64,000 nucleotides of DNA from Lytechinus pictus (GCF_037042905.1 NC_087245.1:3226001-3290000), one strand, 5' to 3'. Numbered from the stretch's first letter, positions 1-13,941 are shown. The notes: generated from the sequence alone by a model not told the origin. Numbers and translations: made by a program.

Positions 1-832
1 TGCGAAGCTCGAGCTGAAATTTTTGATATTCCGACCTATTCTAACTTGATATTCTACGCAATTTTTGTAACCGTGAACAAATTGGTTTCTAATGATATAT
101 TTTTGATTTTTTATATTCCGACCTGAAAACCGGACATTCTATGCACTTCATTTACTATGAACAGGATGGATATACCTAAATAGTTATATGTGAGCACAAA
201 GCGCGAGCTGAAAATTTTTATTTTCCGTCCTAAGAACTGGATATTATAAGCACTTTTTGTAACCATGAACAAATTGGTTTCTAACTAATCAATTGACGCG
301 AGGGCGAAGTGCGCGAGCTGAAAACTTTTGATATTTCAACCTGAAAACTAGACATTATTTTAGGTACCCAACTGAAAAATTGATGCGAGTGAGTAGCGCG
401 AGCGAAATTTTTATTGTTATAATTATACTACCTAAAAGTTGTTCTCTACCTTTTTCCTGTCCCTGTTTAGCCCAGTCCATCCTTACTATTGGTACAGAGA
501 GCTCTTAAAGTCGCATTGCGTAAAATCGCAATTTTCCGATAAAAGTGTACAGTTTAATAGACATTTACCGACAATGGCGGAACTAAAAAAACAAATCAGC
601 TGGAACAGCCCCGTGTGCCCGACGGTTTATCATTTTTTTCGACAGTCTGCAGTCCAGGTTTTGTTTTCCCCTTTCTCTTAAACTCTTTCTTCTTTTTCCC
701 CTTCCCCCTTTTTTCTCTCTTTCCTTTTTCCTCTTTTCTTTTTTCTTTCCCTTTTTTCGCTTCGCCTTTTTTCGCTTGTGACTCGTCAGGGGAGGGGCAG
801 TCTGCCCCCTGCCCCCCGTAGGTACGCTAGTG
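1..832. mobile_element. One end of a non-autonomous hAT-like element with ~110-120 bp internal subrepeats, cut by the window edge; related in reverse orientation to 34103-35500
   Basis: Units like GCGCGAGCTGAAA(A)TTTT(GA)TATTCCGACC(TGAAAAC) recur at ~1-40, 100-135, 200-245 and 310-350 and resemble the reverse complement of subrepeats inside 34103-35500. A pyrimidine tract and C-runs lead to the terminus ...GGTACGCTAGTG (832), similar to ...GCTACGCCACTG. Confidence 0.65.
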
Positions 833-1117
833 CATATAATTCTGATTACGGAGAAGTTGTTCACCTTTTGCATGAATTGGGGTCTACCATCGTGAACTCG
901 CACGTCGATGATTTTTTTAACTTTGACAAAAAATGCCCTTAGCCAATCAGGTACCCGGTACAATAATTTTTTAGCTTATCACAATGTGAAAGTAAAGTGA
1001 CAAATAAAAATACCAGAAGTTAACACACGTAAATCAGCTATCAGAGTTAGCCATAACATGTTTGCAAATAAATGGATGGAATAACAATGATTTGTGATGA
1101 AATGGAAAAAGCATCAG

Positions 1118-1122
<5 letters not shown>

Positions 1123-1177
<55 letters not shown>
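1123..1177. repeat. (TA)n microsatellite
   Basis: Direct reading. Confidence 0.95.
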
Positions 1178-1180
<3 letters not shown>

Positions 1181-2020
1181 TAAAAGTTATATAGCACTAC
1201 TGAGAAATCAATCAGTAGGCCTATTACTATCATAACCTCTTTCACTGAACTATAGACTGCTTACCGAGAAATATTTTAAAAAATCTTTAAAAAAATCGCA
1301 TTCGAAACATAATTATGATTATTTTCAACCCCTCTTAAAAGCCCTTGAGACTAGTTACCAAATACTTTAACTGGTCATCATCATCAAAATTTCATATCGA
1401 TATCAGCACATGATTTATCAGAACTCGCCAAGCATGCAGAATAACGGCGGTCTGTCTACATAATAGATGAATATCAGAGCAAAGTGGTCATTGAAGCGAG
1501 ATCTACTGGACTACTCTCATACATCACAGCAATTCCAGTTGTGTGATTGGAAAATATCTGATATAAATCACTGCTTATACTCTCGTGACATGCGGTTGAT
1601 TTTACTGCAAAAGCAGCGAAAAAGAAAGACGAAATCATATTACTCCAAAAGTTTTCATATACTCTGCGCACGCCTGCTCCTGCAAAATAAGGAAGACATT
1701 TTCCTTGAGTAATTCCTTAACTAATTGTGTACCTAGGGCACTTCATGATTTATTTACCGATTTTGGTTATTAATATCATCTTCATCCATTGCCAATATAA
1801 AGGTTTTCGTCCTTGTTTTGTTTCTGTTTGATTATAAGTAATCAATTAGTTCAATAATAATTTGTGAGGTGTATCCTACAGCCATGTGAAAATCAGAGAA
1901 TAGCCTCACCGCAGTCGATATTGTACATGGATATTGTACACGAACATTGTATTACACACACACACACACACACAGAAAAGTTGCTACGGGTCAAGTAATC
2001 AAATAATTTTTCATGAGGTA

Positions 2021-2051
2021 AATTCATATAGAAATATATAAATTCATATAG

Positions 2052-2108
<57 letters not shown>
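2021..2108. repeat. 20-bp tandem duplication (AATTCATATAGAAATATATA x2) running into (TA)n
   Basis: Direct reading. Confidence 0.9.
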
Positions 2109-2110
<2 letters not shown>

Positions 2111-3199
2111 CACACTACTGATTCATTAGAGCATTCAAATAATTAGGCTGGTTATGGATACTATGAAGGAAAGCTCAGGGAGAAAGATAAAACCAGAAAT
2201 GATAAAGCCCACGCAGATTATACCTGTTGAATTTAAATAAATGCAAAGAATGAAACAAACTTCACTTACAATCGAGGAAACAGTAACATATATTTAGACA
2301 GATTTCTTCATATACGATAGATGAAATAATAAACATTTTGTACAAGAATATGATTCTAAAAAAATGTGTGTTTACATAAGCGTGTTGAGTCATCATAAAC
2401 AAATAGTCATCTAATTATTTACCTGAAACTTTTTGTTTAAGTTGAACCTAACTCCTCCTCGTTTGAGTTGAAAATGTAAAACAAAGGTGGAAATTTTTAA
2501 TACAAATGAGAAATGACATATCAAAGTAAGACTTAAAATAAATGTCAATATAGATATTACGCAGTTTATTTGATAAAAAAAGATAAAATTCCAGTCGTGC
2601 GGGAGAGGGGGGGGGGGGTTGATGGTGTAAGCAAGGTATCGTGGCAACATAAAAGTAATACATGTTTATACGAGATAAATGCATATGTTAGTGAACCAAA
2701 AGTAGTAATAAAAGACGTAATAATTAAGATAAACAATGAGAATTAGACTATAATAGCAATAATGATTAGGATAATGAAAATGACGATAATGATAATTAAT
2801 GGATTCTTCAACATAACGCTCATATATATATGTATGTGTGTGTGTTTGTGTAATATATATATAATATATATATACGATTTTATTTCTACGGCATTTTCTA
2901 AACTATTTGTGATTCTTTTATTCCATATGCCGAAGCAGACTTATTTTATATACGATAAAAATGCCTTTTGTTGATTTGATTGGCTATAGGTTGTCCAAAG
3001 AAAATACCAATTATTTTCTTTTTAAATATTCAGTGTATTTCATTCGAGATTCTGTGACAATTATCAAATATTTCCTTTTGAAGCTAAGTCTTTCTTACAA
3101 ATAGAATAAGGATTGAGAATCAGGGGCAGTTTGCCCTCCAAAATTCCGAAAATCGAAATGGCACATAGTAGAGAAAAGAACACATGAATTAAAAACAAT

Positions 3200-3600
3200 A
3201 CACACACTGCTCATTCTTAAACGTACAAAGATAACTATTGTAAATAGGAGACGAAACTTGTAACGTCCAGGTCCGCGCTTAACAGAATTAATTATTGCAC
3301 GAAAAGTTGAAAAGAGAAAAAATGTAGCTGGCGTTTACACTGGTAAAGATACGTATAAGTCAACAATCAGTTAAAATGCTTTCTTATACAAATGCCTGAA
3401 AGATCGTACAGATGTTGAATTTTTGTAGCATATGGAAAAGTGTTCCACAGCTTACCTCCTGCATACATATAACCGTGTTTGAAACATTTTAAATTGGGTT
3501 TGGCAAGATTACATTAAGAGAATCGGCAGATCTTGTATTAAAACCATGTCTATTCATTATCATATTCAAGCGGGATTTGAACCTCTCATCTACTAGTAGA
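3200..3600 (-). mobile_element. 3' end of a CR1/L2-group (Crack/Daphne-like) non-LTR retrotransposon, frameshifted
   Basis: Minus-strand translation across two frameshifts gives NRHGFNTRSADSLNVILP / KPNLKCFKHGYMYAGGKLWNTFPYATK / NSTSVRSFRHLYKKAF*. This matches the H.YNTR...LP.P...F.Y.G.KLWN.LP...S...FK C-terminal signature of CR1/L2-group ORF2. The UTR boundary is approximate. Confidence 0.75.
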
Positions 3601-3790
3601 TAAGAGTTTCAAATCCCGATGGTTTCAATACTTTTTTTCTAACTTATTTTTCAGATCAAGTATGCGATCGTATATACTAAGGGCAAGCAAGAAATTCAAA
3701 TACAATAACAAAACTTCCCCAGTAAGCGACCAATAGTCATGATTGTTAGTGTTTCTTATTCTCCTCAGTCACATTTTCTTACGTCATACC

Positions 3791-4213
3791 AACGGGCAGA
3801 TCCAGCTTTCATTAATAGAGAGGGGGGAAAAAATGTTTACATTCACAATTACTCCGATCGGCCCGCCAAAATTTAATTTCCGTCATTTTTTGAGGGGTTA
3901 AATAGTAATTATTATTACAGGTCAATTTGGCGCCCTCGGTTGAACATAAATTTGGCGCCTTCCCCTTTGGTCGAACATCAATTTTGCACCTCAGGTCAAG
4001 TTGGTCAACATCAAATTGGCGTCCCCTCCGCGCATTTATTTCCTATTTTCCTCTCTCTCCTCCCCTCCCCTCCCCTCCTTTTCCCCCTTTCTTTCCTCCA
4101 CTTTTTTTTCCTCTCTCTTTTCCTCTGTCCCTTTCCTTTTTTCCTTTTCTTTCTATACCCCTTCCCTTTCCCTTTTTGCCCCCCCCCCTTTCGCCTTCCC
4201 GAATACGCGCATG
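3791..4213. mobile_element. Degenerate hAT-like MITE with a long pyrimidine tract
   Basis: Starts CGGGCAGATCCAG followed by a G-run and ends with a C-run then GAATACGCGCATG; same architecture as other elements here. No clean TSD. Confidence 0.4.
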
Positions 4214-4469
4214 CATATAAAAGAGCTATAAAGCTCATATTTCATAATTTCTCGTCTCTTATATGCTGGTTATGCAATTTCATTTCCTATATTTAAAAAC
4301 GAGTTCATTGGTTAATATGAAATTGTACGTTTGTTGGATGGAAATATTAGGTAAAATGCATGTCTGGTGTTGTCTTACTTTCCATGTTCATTCTTTATTC
4401 ATTATTAGGAGATTGGATTCAATGGACATGGATGATTCAAAGGTTTTTTTTTCCTAATCGTAATCACTG

Positions 4470-4622
4470 CAGGTCTAGATCGGGGGGGGGGGCATTTATT
4501 TAGTTATTTTGCTTTTCAAATTTTACGTGATATAAATCACATTCATTCGGGAGTGAATTTCTTTGCTTGTCAGATTTTTTTGGAAAAAATGCCCCCTTCA
4601 GAAAATTCTGGATCCGGCCCTA
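4470..4622. mobile_element. Short degenerate MITE with (A)GGGCCGGATCCAG-type terminus
   Basis: CAGGTCTAGATC plus a G-run at left versus CTGGATCCGGCCCT at right (imperfect inverted match); no TSD. Confidence 0.35.
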
Positions 4623-5415
4623 TTATAGTAATGGATGATGTACACGAAATGTCTTCTTGATAGTTAAACACTGTGACTATACTAAAAACAAATGCCTGTA
4701 CTGAAACAAGTGAAACGAATGATCTTCTGTGTTATCTTCACCTAGGGACGTGGCAACGAGAACTACTTTTCTCACCAAAGGGTACTAACACATTGATTGT
4801 TGTCACCAGGCCTCTCTATTACTCAATTTCTCTATTAAATGTCATTGCGTCATTGCCGATTCTTAAAAAGGATATATAAAACATTCCAAATAAAAATTTG
4901 CTATATTCAACAGTACATATGATAGAGTCAATCTCAATTTCCCCTATTATAACTCGTGTTCGATCTACAATCCAAACCTGAAAACGAAATGTACATTATG
5001 TCATTTAACACCAAATTAGAAATCAGTTATTCATTTATTCACTCAAAGCCTGGTCATTTCTCCTCTTAACTCTCTCATTCTCCCATTTTTTCGTCATCAA
5101 TGAGGGTACCTCCTGCACATCCCCTATGCATAAGTACCAAGTCTGATTAATGTCGTATTCTCGTCCCACGGGGCATAATCCCTCTATTCTAGCTGTTGTA
5201 TACGGCGAAGGGCACTTTTTCCTCCCCTCCTATGTACATCTTGACTGTCAGTACTTTCGTGTACATGCGATGCGCTCGCTTTCCCGTACATCATACTTCT
5301 TAGCACAATATGTGGATGAATCGTAATATTGAAAAAAGCTTGTGCGCGTGCAAGCGGGACACAACGTTCTATCATTTTGTACATCTACACACGCTATCGT
5401 CTGCTTGCCGCGCAA

Positions 5416-7089
5416 TATAAATTTCTAAACCGTCTGGACTTGCTTGCTCCGTAAAATCACTCTGCTCTATGAGTACACTGGATCATTCGTCGAACTGCCA
5501 TTCTAACCTATCTTTCAATTTTCCTCTATGGGAATGAACGATTTGCTTTCTCTTGTTATGTCATATTAGGATCCAAGTATCTGGATGCAACAAAAGTCAA
5601 TTACATCTTGAAGCGCGGGAAAACTACCTGTTAAAATTCAGTCAATGGTCATTTCATTTACAATCTGGAGCATAGCAACGGCGTCGTCTTGTGAGTGGTC
5701 GGATGCCTTTACTCCATCTCAGGGAACTGGTGTGACATTCCCCATTCTTCATACCTGTGCTGGGTTGATCTTTTAAGTGTGTGACGAAGAAAGGCTTGGT
5801 GCGATTCAATTTCTTATGATAATTGCTGCCCATCGTGATTCACCTTTTGCTTGATGTATTAGGTCAAAGAGTAAGCGTCTTTGATTTACGTTCTACGCTC
5901 TTACCCTGATAAAAATACATGAGCTTTTATTGAGACTGCAGCAGTGATTCTGACAGACACTAGTTATTTACCATCTATATTTGCATCAAGAGAATAACTT
6001 TCATCGGTTGGTTATCTTGAGCATGGGGATCCTGTAAAAATTGTTTCTAATTACTTGTTGTTAGTTTCTATCCATCGGATTGCGATATACGTTTATGCTA
6101 TTGAGCATATGTTGAGGATGATACACTTATAAGACTGATCAAAATCAGTTTTCAATACAAAACATTTGTGAATGCTCTCAAAATTGTAATCAATACACTT
6201 TGCCAATTTGAGGACATTACTGCTGTATACACTGATCGAAACTACCGGATGTCAATATATTTCTATTTATATTGAAATCGAGTATTATGCTTTGAACCAA
6301 GGTCATATTTAGTATTCTATTAAACCGACAGTATGGTAGACCGCGATTGCTAAGTGCATTGATCTTTTGCGTTTGTAAGAAGTTTTGAAATCCATCGCGA
6401 ATTATTCACGTTACAAAATCGACAATAACGCCATTTCAGACATTGTAAAAATAACAATATCCATTAAATCTATTTGTGGTTTTGGACATTTTCCGGATGA
6501 TTAACATTTCTTCCTGTAAAGCTACAGCGTAGAAGCATGAATAGAATCTGTAACACGCTCATCTCATTTAAGGTTTCTTGTACATAGGAATTGATATGTG
6601 AATAACGATAGAATCCCTACATGATCAACTATTTTCATATCTACCGTAGACTCATTTCACACCACACTAACTCTTATTCTTGGAATCCTATTCTCCACTT
6701 GACAGGAAACAAACAAGTTTTCAAATCAATATTAGTTTATGGTAGATTGATATGTCAAACAATAAAGTGTGAGATCTCAGAGCAGTAAAGTTACAACAGT
6801 AAACGGAGGCAAAGCTGGCAAGTGAGGACATTTGACCACTTCTATTGACAAACTGTCATAAGCTTCTAGTACATTAGCCTTGCCGAAGTAGAGTTGCGTA
6901 ATCTTTTGCTTGAAGGGTTAAAAGCCGTCATATTAAGCAACTGATTAAAGAAAGCACCGGGAAGAGAGAATATCTGATAAGATTTCATTGATTCGCAGTC
7001 TGACGGATATCTGTTAATCAACTGAGCTCATCTGCGCAGAGAAATTGTATCGCTAGAGACCAGCCATTAATACACACACCAAGGTGAGT
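5416..7089 (+). other. Candidate long non-coding (5' UTR-type) exon ending at a consensus splice donor
   Basis: About 2 kb without recognisable repeats or microsatellites, with a CpG-richer 5' flank (5200-5450), TATAAAT at 5416 and a perfect AAG|GTGAGT donor at 7083/7084. Contains no long ORF. Confidence 0.3.
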
Positions 7090-7883
7090 TTGATCTCCCT
7101 TTTCTCTCTTTTTTAGGGGAGGAGGGGGGGGGGTTGGCTGACGGATCAAGGAGGTATCTAGAAAAGAATTGCATGGGATCCATTTTCCATTTCAGTATAG
7201 TCAGACTGGTTTTATACTTTTTAATTGAGTGGTTGACTTACTTAATTTACTGGTTTCAAACTCATTTAGTTCAGCGTACAAGCAAACGAACCCTTTTATA
7301 TTTTTTAGCTCTCTCTCTTTCCCGATGATGAAAATAAAAGCACTCTTGATGAATGTCTCCTGGTAACTTGGTTAACAGTCAGGTTAGTTCTATCCATTAC
7401 TACGTAAGAGAAGTTTATTCTTTAAAGTAAGTATAAAAATGACAACCAAAAATTACTATCATTCATCAAACAATTCTTCACGAGCGATATGGACATGAAA
7501 TGGACATATTTCAAGAATGTGACATCAATTTTTGGTGTTCAATTCCGTAAATCTTTCTTGTACTTTTGTTATAAGAGCCATCGTAAGAACGATTATTTCA
7601 AACAAGAAATTATTTCAATAACCGCTTGAGAGAATAGATAATATTGTGGAACACTATTGCATGACATTTTCAGATTGGTTAGAATCTTACCCTACCATAG
7701 AAACCAAACACCAAGAAAACACACTAAAGCATCTCACGCAGATGATATTTCCCAATATTTTTTTTTTCTATTGAGACTCTATTCCAATCAACTTAATCGA
7801 TCTTTACCAGTTGCTTTATCCCTTAATCACACACATCCTCACATAACGTTACACCCCTAACACGCACCCCTCTCTCCATCTCC

Positions 7884-7887
<4 letters not shown>

Positions 7888-7947
<60 letters not shown>

Positions 7948-7958
7948 CTATATATATA
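7888..7958. repeat. (CT)n(TA)n compound microsatellite
   Basis: Direct reading. Confidence 0.9.
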
Positions 7959-9850
7959 CACACATCAAAAAAGTAAGTCCCCCTAAATCAGATTGCTGTA
8001 ACTTTTAAACGGAATAACTTTAAAATATGAAATTTCGTAGGTGAGTTTCTACACTCCTGGAGAAAAATGAGAGAGTCATGCATGAGTAATCAAAGATTGA
8101 ATTAAAAATGACAATTTTTTAAAGTCATAAGAGTCGTTTTTCGGATTGTGTAAATACAAAGTTGGACAAGGGTTGTTTTTAGGTGAATTTCATGATGTTA
8201 ATGCTGTTTTACTATCCATCATTTAGCCACTTCACACACAATTTTGAAATCGTATGTTTATGGTTGAGTGAGCACAATGTTTTGTGACGTATCATCATAG
8301 GGGTTTATGGTAGTATCCCCTATACAACTTGTTAAAACATGTTGAAATTGGAAAATGCTGGTGGCTCCCCCAATTACTTGGCCCCTCCCCATTTCAAAAT
8401 TCTGGATCCAACACTGATTTGCCATAAATTCAACTGATCTTGATAAATTGTTAGGAAAAGGATGCATTTATGCAGTATAAAGAGTATTTATTCCAAAGTT
8501 TTCGAATGTGCTCGCTCAACCATGAAAATGTAAACAGTTCGGAAAGTGTGTGGTGATAAAACTGATGGTAATAAAAACAACAGCAATTAGTTCATATTTG
8601 AAACCGAATTTGCCCTCATTATTCACTTAATTACCCCCTCAAAATGAGTCTGTGACATTGAAAATGCCTCTTTTCCCACTTTGATGCATGCTCACTCATC
8701 AATGAATAAAAATATCGATTTCCTTTTGCACAGAATTCTGCCCATAGGTTGATAAACATAACTGCCAAATGACATTGCTAAAGACAGCCTTGAAAAAAGT
8801 TCCACCATATTGAATAAGGGGTCACTTATTCTTAAACATATGCACCCATAGTGTACACAATGTCTATGAGAGAGGAAGTCAACATTTTAACAAAAATGAA
8901 ATGAGGGTTTGTTTCATGGACGGTTTTTGTTACTTCTGCCAATAATTTGTTCATGAAACTTCGCACATAGCTTTAGATTAATACTATCCAAAAGGCGCGC
9001 ACACCAAAATAATCTTTCGATATGGCACAGAGTGGGGCCAAGGTCTTAAACTTTCTTCTCATTTGCTTAATTTTTTAATATTGTGTGCTCATTGAAGAAT
9101 TAGACATAGGGATTTTCATAAAAATCAAATCAAATGAACGATGCCAGGAGGTTTGTGACAAATATCCATAGTTAGCAATTGCATTTTTTTCCAATAACGT
9201 AAAAAAGAGCTAATCGCATTCCACATGTTCATTCAAGCGTGAATGTTTATTTAAACGCATTTGAATCATTGAAGCATGTTAATTGGTCATGAACATAACA
9301 AAAAAAGTTGAGGAAAGATCATTTCAGTTACCAAAATGAAACAATACTTGTCTATGATATTTGAAATTCGTATTTTTTGCTTTCATTAGATGTTCATTGA
9401 TTCGTGAAACGATGAATATTGTTAAAGATACTTTTCCCAAAAATAATTGTCATCATATTCGATCATTTTTATCGATAGAAATGTCAAAAAACTCCACTAA
9501 TAGAAAACTCTAACTTGTGTTAACTCAACCGTGAAATTTAGCAAAAACCTTGTATCGTCTTTTAGAAAGTACCTTTTACAATCCTGACTATTTTTCATGA
9601 TGAGAATGTGGAATTCGTTCCAATGAAGTGGGATCAAAATCCTGATATTTGGCTTGTGACTTTAGAAAAGTGACAATTTTGCCTTCTGGCGATGCTCACT
9701 GAAGCATGACATAAAATACGTCCATGACATTTACTCAGAGGGTAGCTTATAAAATTACCTACACGCTCATGTAAAAATATGTTAAAAACTCGCATTGATT
9801 GGAAATTATGGATGTCTGTTTAAGGGGGTACTTACTTTTTTTGTTGAGTA
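7957..9850. mobile_element. Non-autonomous Tc1/mariner-like element (~1.9 kb) inserted in a TA run
   Basis: Left end TACACACATCAAAAAAGTAAGTCCCCCTAAA; right end TTTAAGGGGGTACTTACTTTTTTTGTTGAGTA (imperfect ~30-bp TIR). TA dinucleotides on both sides; no transposase ORF. Confidence 0.75.
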
Positions 9851-10116
9851 TATATTTATATGTATATATGTATGCTTGAGAGGCAAACTCCGTCACTATT
9901 TTTTAATACATAAACATTTAGCAACCTAGAGTAATCAAGAGGATGGAAGACAATCTAACACCAGTATACAAAATATTTAAAGTTAAAACGAATAAGTGAA
10001 AAATAGAGAATATCATAAAAGTAGTAAGAGAGAAATAGAGAGGCAAAGAAAGGAGAGAGATAAATACAAATATACATAAACATATATCTATATATATATA
10101 TATAGAGAGAGAGATT

Positions 10117-10153
<37 letters not shown>

Positions 10154-10166
10154 TTATATATATATA

Positions 10167-10460
10167 TAAACTCCTCAAAAAAAGTTTGGAAATCTGGCTT
10201 TGATCGATAATACCTCCTTGGTTTTTAGTAAATATCAAAGTGTAATTAATAGAAATGAGTAGAGCATTTAATTTTCTTTAAGATTATACCCTACATGATA
10301 TGATTATGGTTTACATGGAGGTGCAGTGCCTTGAAATGTGGGGCAAGGTCAATTTTCAAAAGTTGCAAAATTACACAATATTCAAAGCCACTGTTTTTTT
10401 TCCATAGTGATGAGTGAGTTTCTCAGCGTTTTTTTTTACTTTGATCATAAATCGTTTAGA
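10167..10460. mobile_element. Probable isolated left end of a second Tc1/mariner-like element
   Basis: A TA run is followed by AACTCCTCAAAAAAAGTTTGGAAA, similar in style to the termini at 9850 and 38152. No matching right TIR was found and the right boundary is approximate. Confidence 0.4.
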
Positions 10461-10483
10461 TGTTCACTGAAGTAGTAATACTG

Positions 10484-10654
10484 GTGGGTGTTTCATAAAG
10501 CTGTTCGTAAGTTAAGAGCGACTTTAAGAACGACTGGTGATCCTTTCTTGTGGTAAATGGTATATTCATTGGCGACGGTTTAGCGCATAAGAAATGATCA
10601 CCAGTCGTTCTTAAAGTCGCTCTTATCTTACGAACAGCTTTAAGAAACACCCGC
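10484..10654. mobile_element. Palindromic PIF/Harbinger-like MITE, CTG TSD
   Basis: About 66-bp inverted arms (G(T/C)GGGTGTTTC(A/T)TAAAGCTGTTCGTAAG...ACGACTGGTGATC) with few mismatches; CTG at 10481-10483 and 10655-10657. Confidence 0.85.
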
Positions 10655-11269
10655 CTGGAATGAATACAACCCCTCATGCCTAAGTTCGAAATGCATGCTG
10701 ATTTGTAAGAATTTGCTTTAATTTGAATGGATGTACCATATTTCGATCTTAATTTGTTTTTCTTCTTCCTATTGTTGTTGTTCTTCTTCTTGGTCTTCTT
10801 CTTCTTCTCCTTTTTTTCTTGCCTTCCTCCTCCTTCTTCTTCTCCTTTTTTTTCTTCCTATTGTTTTTATTTTCTCCCCTCTCCTCATAATTTTGGATAC
10901 ATGTATGGTAAAATGAAAGACGGATTAGTAGAGTTTATTACATATCTGTAGAGGGCCTTGAATGAAATGATTCCTGATATATGAAAACAATTACGTTGGC
11001 CGTGATATTAACCTATAATGGGCTTGACCCATGAATACTCAAGCCATGAAAGTCATCGGCTGGAACAATATTCCACTGCAGAAACCAAATGTCAAAATCA
11101 ATAATGTCAGTGCTTATGTGATATGCTTTATGATAATGAATGCATTGCGTATAGTGCTCTCAATCTAATAAAATGATATGATTGTATTGATCTTACATGT
11201 AAAGAGAAACATATTGCATGAGCAAGAACAGTTAACAGTTTCTTGGTAGATTCTTAAACTAATGGGGTT

Positions 11270-11273
<4 letters not shown>

Positions 11274-11312
<39 letters not shown>
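11274..11312. repeat. (TA)n microsatellite
   Basis: Direct reading. Confidence 0.95.
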
Positions 11313-11318
<6 letters not shown>

Positions 11319-12525
11319 AGAAAGGGAGATGGAAATATACAGACTGTTTATGATATAGTTTGACGAACGCGTATTTTTGTCTTTTAACGCTAAAATCAAT
11401 GAACAAACATACCAACCTACGCACACCCACCAAAACACAATCATTTCCCCTACACATAATTATATACACACTGGCATATCAAAGTTTCTGTGGACATTAA
11501 CTTATCTAATACCGTACAAATGCATGTACATTGGCTTTTGGTAACTGAAATTAATGATACCTCTCAAAGTCTCAACTCTATATTTCTGCAAGTGAAGTTT
11601 AATCAAAGAAATTAATTATCATCTTAAAAATAAAATGCAGTTTTGCTGTATTTGATATCGAAAGTTTATCACAATCTGAATTTATTTACCTATTTCATGC
11701 ATATAATTTCCCGATTCTCGGCATGTGCATTTTTATTGCATCATCTTCATGTCGCCCATTATTTTTGTTATCCAAATTCTGGCCTTTTAATGTAATATTC
11801 AATATGTAGACGGGCTTATATTGTATGTATTAATATAGGCTTGTGGCTAGGGTGGGTGATGTCAACGTTTGACTTTTGAATTGATTAATGTAGGTTATAA
11901 ACTGACTAGAAAGAGCCTCAAAGACGTGTCATAAGAGCCATGTAATATGGCATTTTAAAAGTGTTACTTTTCTTACCATCTGATTGATAGAGCTCATTAT
12001 CTAACCGCCCTTCTTATTTCCCGCGGCGTTAATATTTACAATAATCCAAAATGTCAATGCGATTCTCCAGTGTGACCAATCTAACAAAGATAAATGAGGG
12101 AAATGCTTATTGTGTTTTGATTATATCTTCATGTTTGTTTCTTTGTATGTTTGAGAGAGAGAGAGACAGAAAGAAGGAGAGAGGGTGGTAGAGAACGGGA
12201 TGTATAATGAAGGAGGGACGCAGATTAGGAGGAAGATAGTGAAACATGAATTGAAAAATTCTCTTTCAATTGGGCTATCTTGGAATGGAAGGTTTCCTTA
12301 TCCGATACGGGTGTGGTATGCCATGAAAAGCCATAGCCGTCAAAACTTCGGATTTGTCTTTATATTTATGATAATGACATATCATTTTTTGCTTATTGAT
12401 TTGTTTTTGTTTATCAGGTTTATCTTGGGTCGGATACCGCCATGCTTTATGTAGGTTTCCCCAAAAAAATGTTCCCGAATTGTCAACCCTTATACTGCGA
12501 ACTACCTCGTATATTTACATATTAA

Positions 12526-12919
12526 AGATAAATTCCAGTTGTGGGAACGATCTCAAAATGACTTTTTTACAGAATTTTATATAATGATCACCAAAGTGTC
12601 TGTTTCTATGAATAAAAAATATGTGCCAAAGGATTCTGGAAGAAATTGTGTAATTGCTGAGAAATAAGCAAAATAAGCGCGGATTCGGTCACTTCCGTCG
12701 GGTCTTTATTCCAGCAATAATAATACACTGTCCCACGTGTGCCTATCTGTGTTGGCGATCTTCAGTGTGATCGTTTTTTAGCTAGATATTATGATTTCAC
12801 AAAGTTCAGTTTATGTAACTGTACCAGATCTAGATCCACGATGATATATCAATACTTTACCTTGGTTTTATAAACTTTCTCACGAATCAGTGTTTAACTG
12901 CAACTAAGTTCATTTAGCT
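12526..12919. mobile_element. Kolobok-like non-autonomous element, TTAA TSD (copy 1)
   Basis: TTAA|AGATAAAT...ATTTAGCT|TTAA, with a homologous full-length copy at ~53655-54056. A TTAA TSD with purine-purine termini is the Kolobok pattern. Confidence 0.7.
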
Positions 12920-13196
12920 TTAAAGTGCATTTATATTGCGTGTGGCTATAAATCAAGTACATATGCCTTCGGTAATGATGAACCTATTAAACCCTTTACG
13001 GTTATTAGAGCTTGAAATCTTGGCGGTTTTATGGTTTATGTCTATTAAAAGTTTTAAGGTCAAATAAATTGCTGCTGAGAGAGCACCGTATAAGTATATG
13101 ACCATATTAACTGTCGAGCTGTTTATTCATATTCAAATAAATAATGAAATACCTTTTGCAATAGGCGAAGCTTGTCTATATTTCGAAGAGGGTAGA

Positions 13197-13218
13197 ACAC
13201 ACACACACACACACACAC

Positions 13219-13264
<46 letters not shown>

Positions 13265-13275
13265 ATATATATATA
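13197..13275. repeat. (CA)n(TA)n compound microsatellite
   Basis: Direct reading. Confidence 0.9.
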
Positions 13276-13941
13276 TTTCTATATGAATTGACCTCATAAA
13301 AAAATATTTTATTACTTTGACCCGTATAGAAACTTTTAGCATCGGTTTTCCACCAAACCGTCTGACTGACTGAGTTTGTCGTCCAATATTCATCAATATC
13401 AATTTCTTGAATTAAACCTAAATTCTTATCACGTATTTGAGTAAGTTGGATTATAGATGTGGATATAGTAATCATCTTATGTTTTTTTCCCTTCGTGCAA
13501 GATCAATGAACTAGTTATGGAATATGCGGTATATCGTGAGACGTAGAATTGAGTTTACTTTAAGATAATACAATTAAACATCAGATATTTGATAACAATA
13601 CCAACCTATTCAAAGCAACATGAACTTTCACGCAGTATTTTCAAAAAGAAAACAAAGTGATGTAAAGCTTTGAAGCTATTTTATTTTGGATTTTGTACGT
13701 CCTCCATGCGTGGTTATATTTGTTTAATTGTCGATATAATTTGTTAGCTAGATTCTTATACTCATTGTTTTTTGCCCTCTTCTCTCGTATATAGATTCAA
13801 CAAACATGACGAATGAAATTAAAAAAACCGGGAGGATATTTTAATAAATTGAGGTATACCACAATTCTGGATCAAAATGTCCTGGGAGAGTACCGCGTGA
13901 GAGGATTACTTGACTCGTCCTTAACTTTTCTTTCTTTTCTG

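Noticed and set aside
439..963. Lys/Arg-rich and Phe-rich ORFs (also 3927-4296, 10727-10951, 34043-34342, 47988-48315)
   Set aside because: They are translations of purine/pyrimidine tracts, mostly inside MITEs, with no domain-like content
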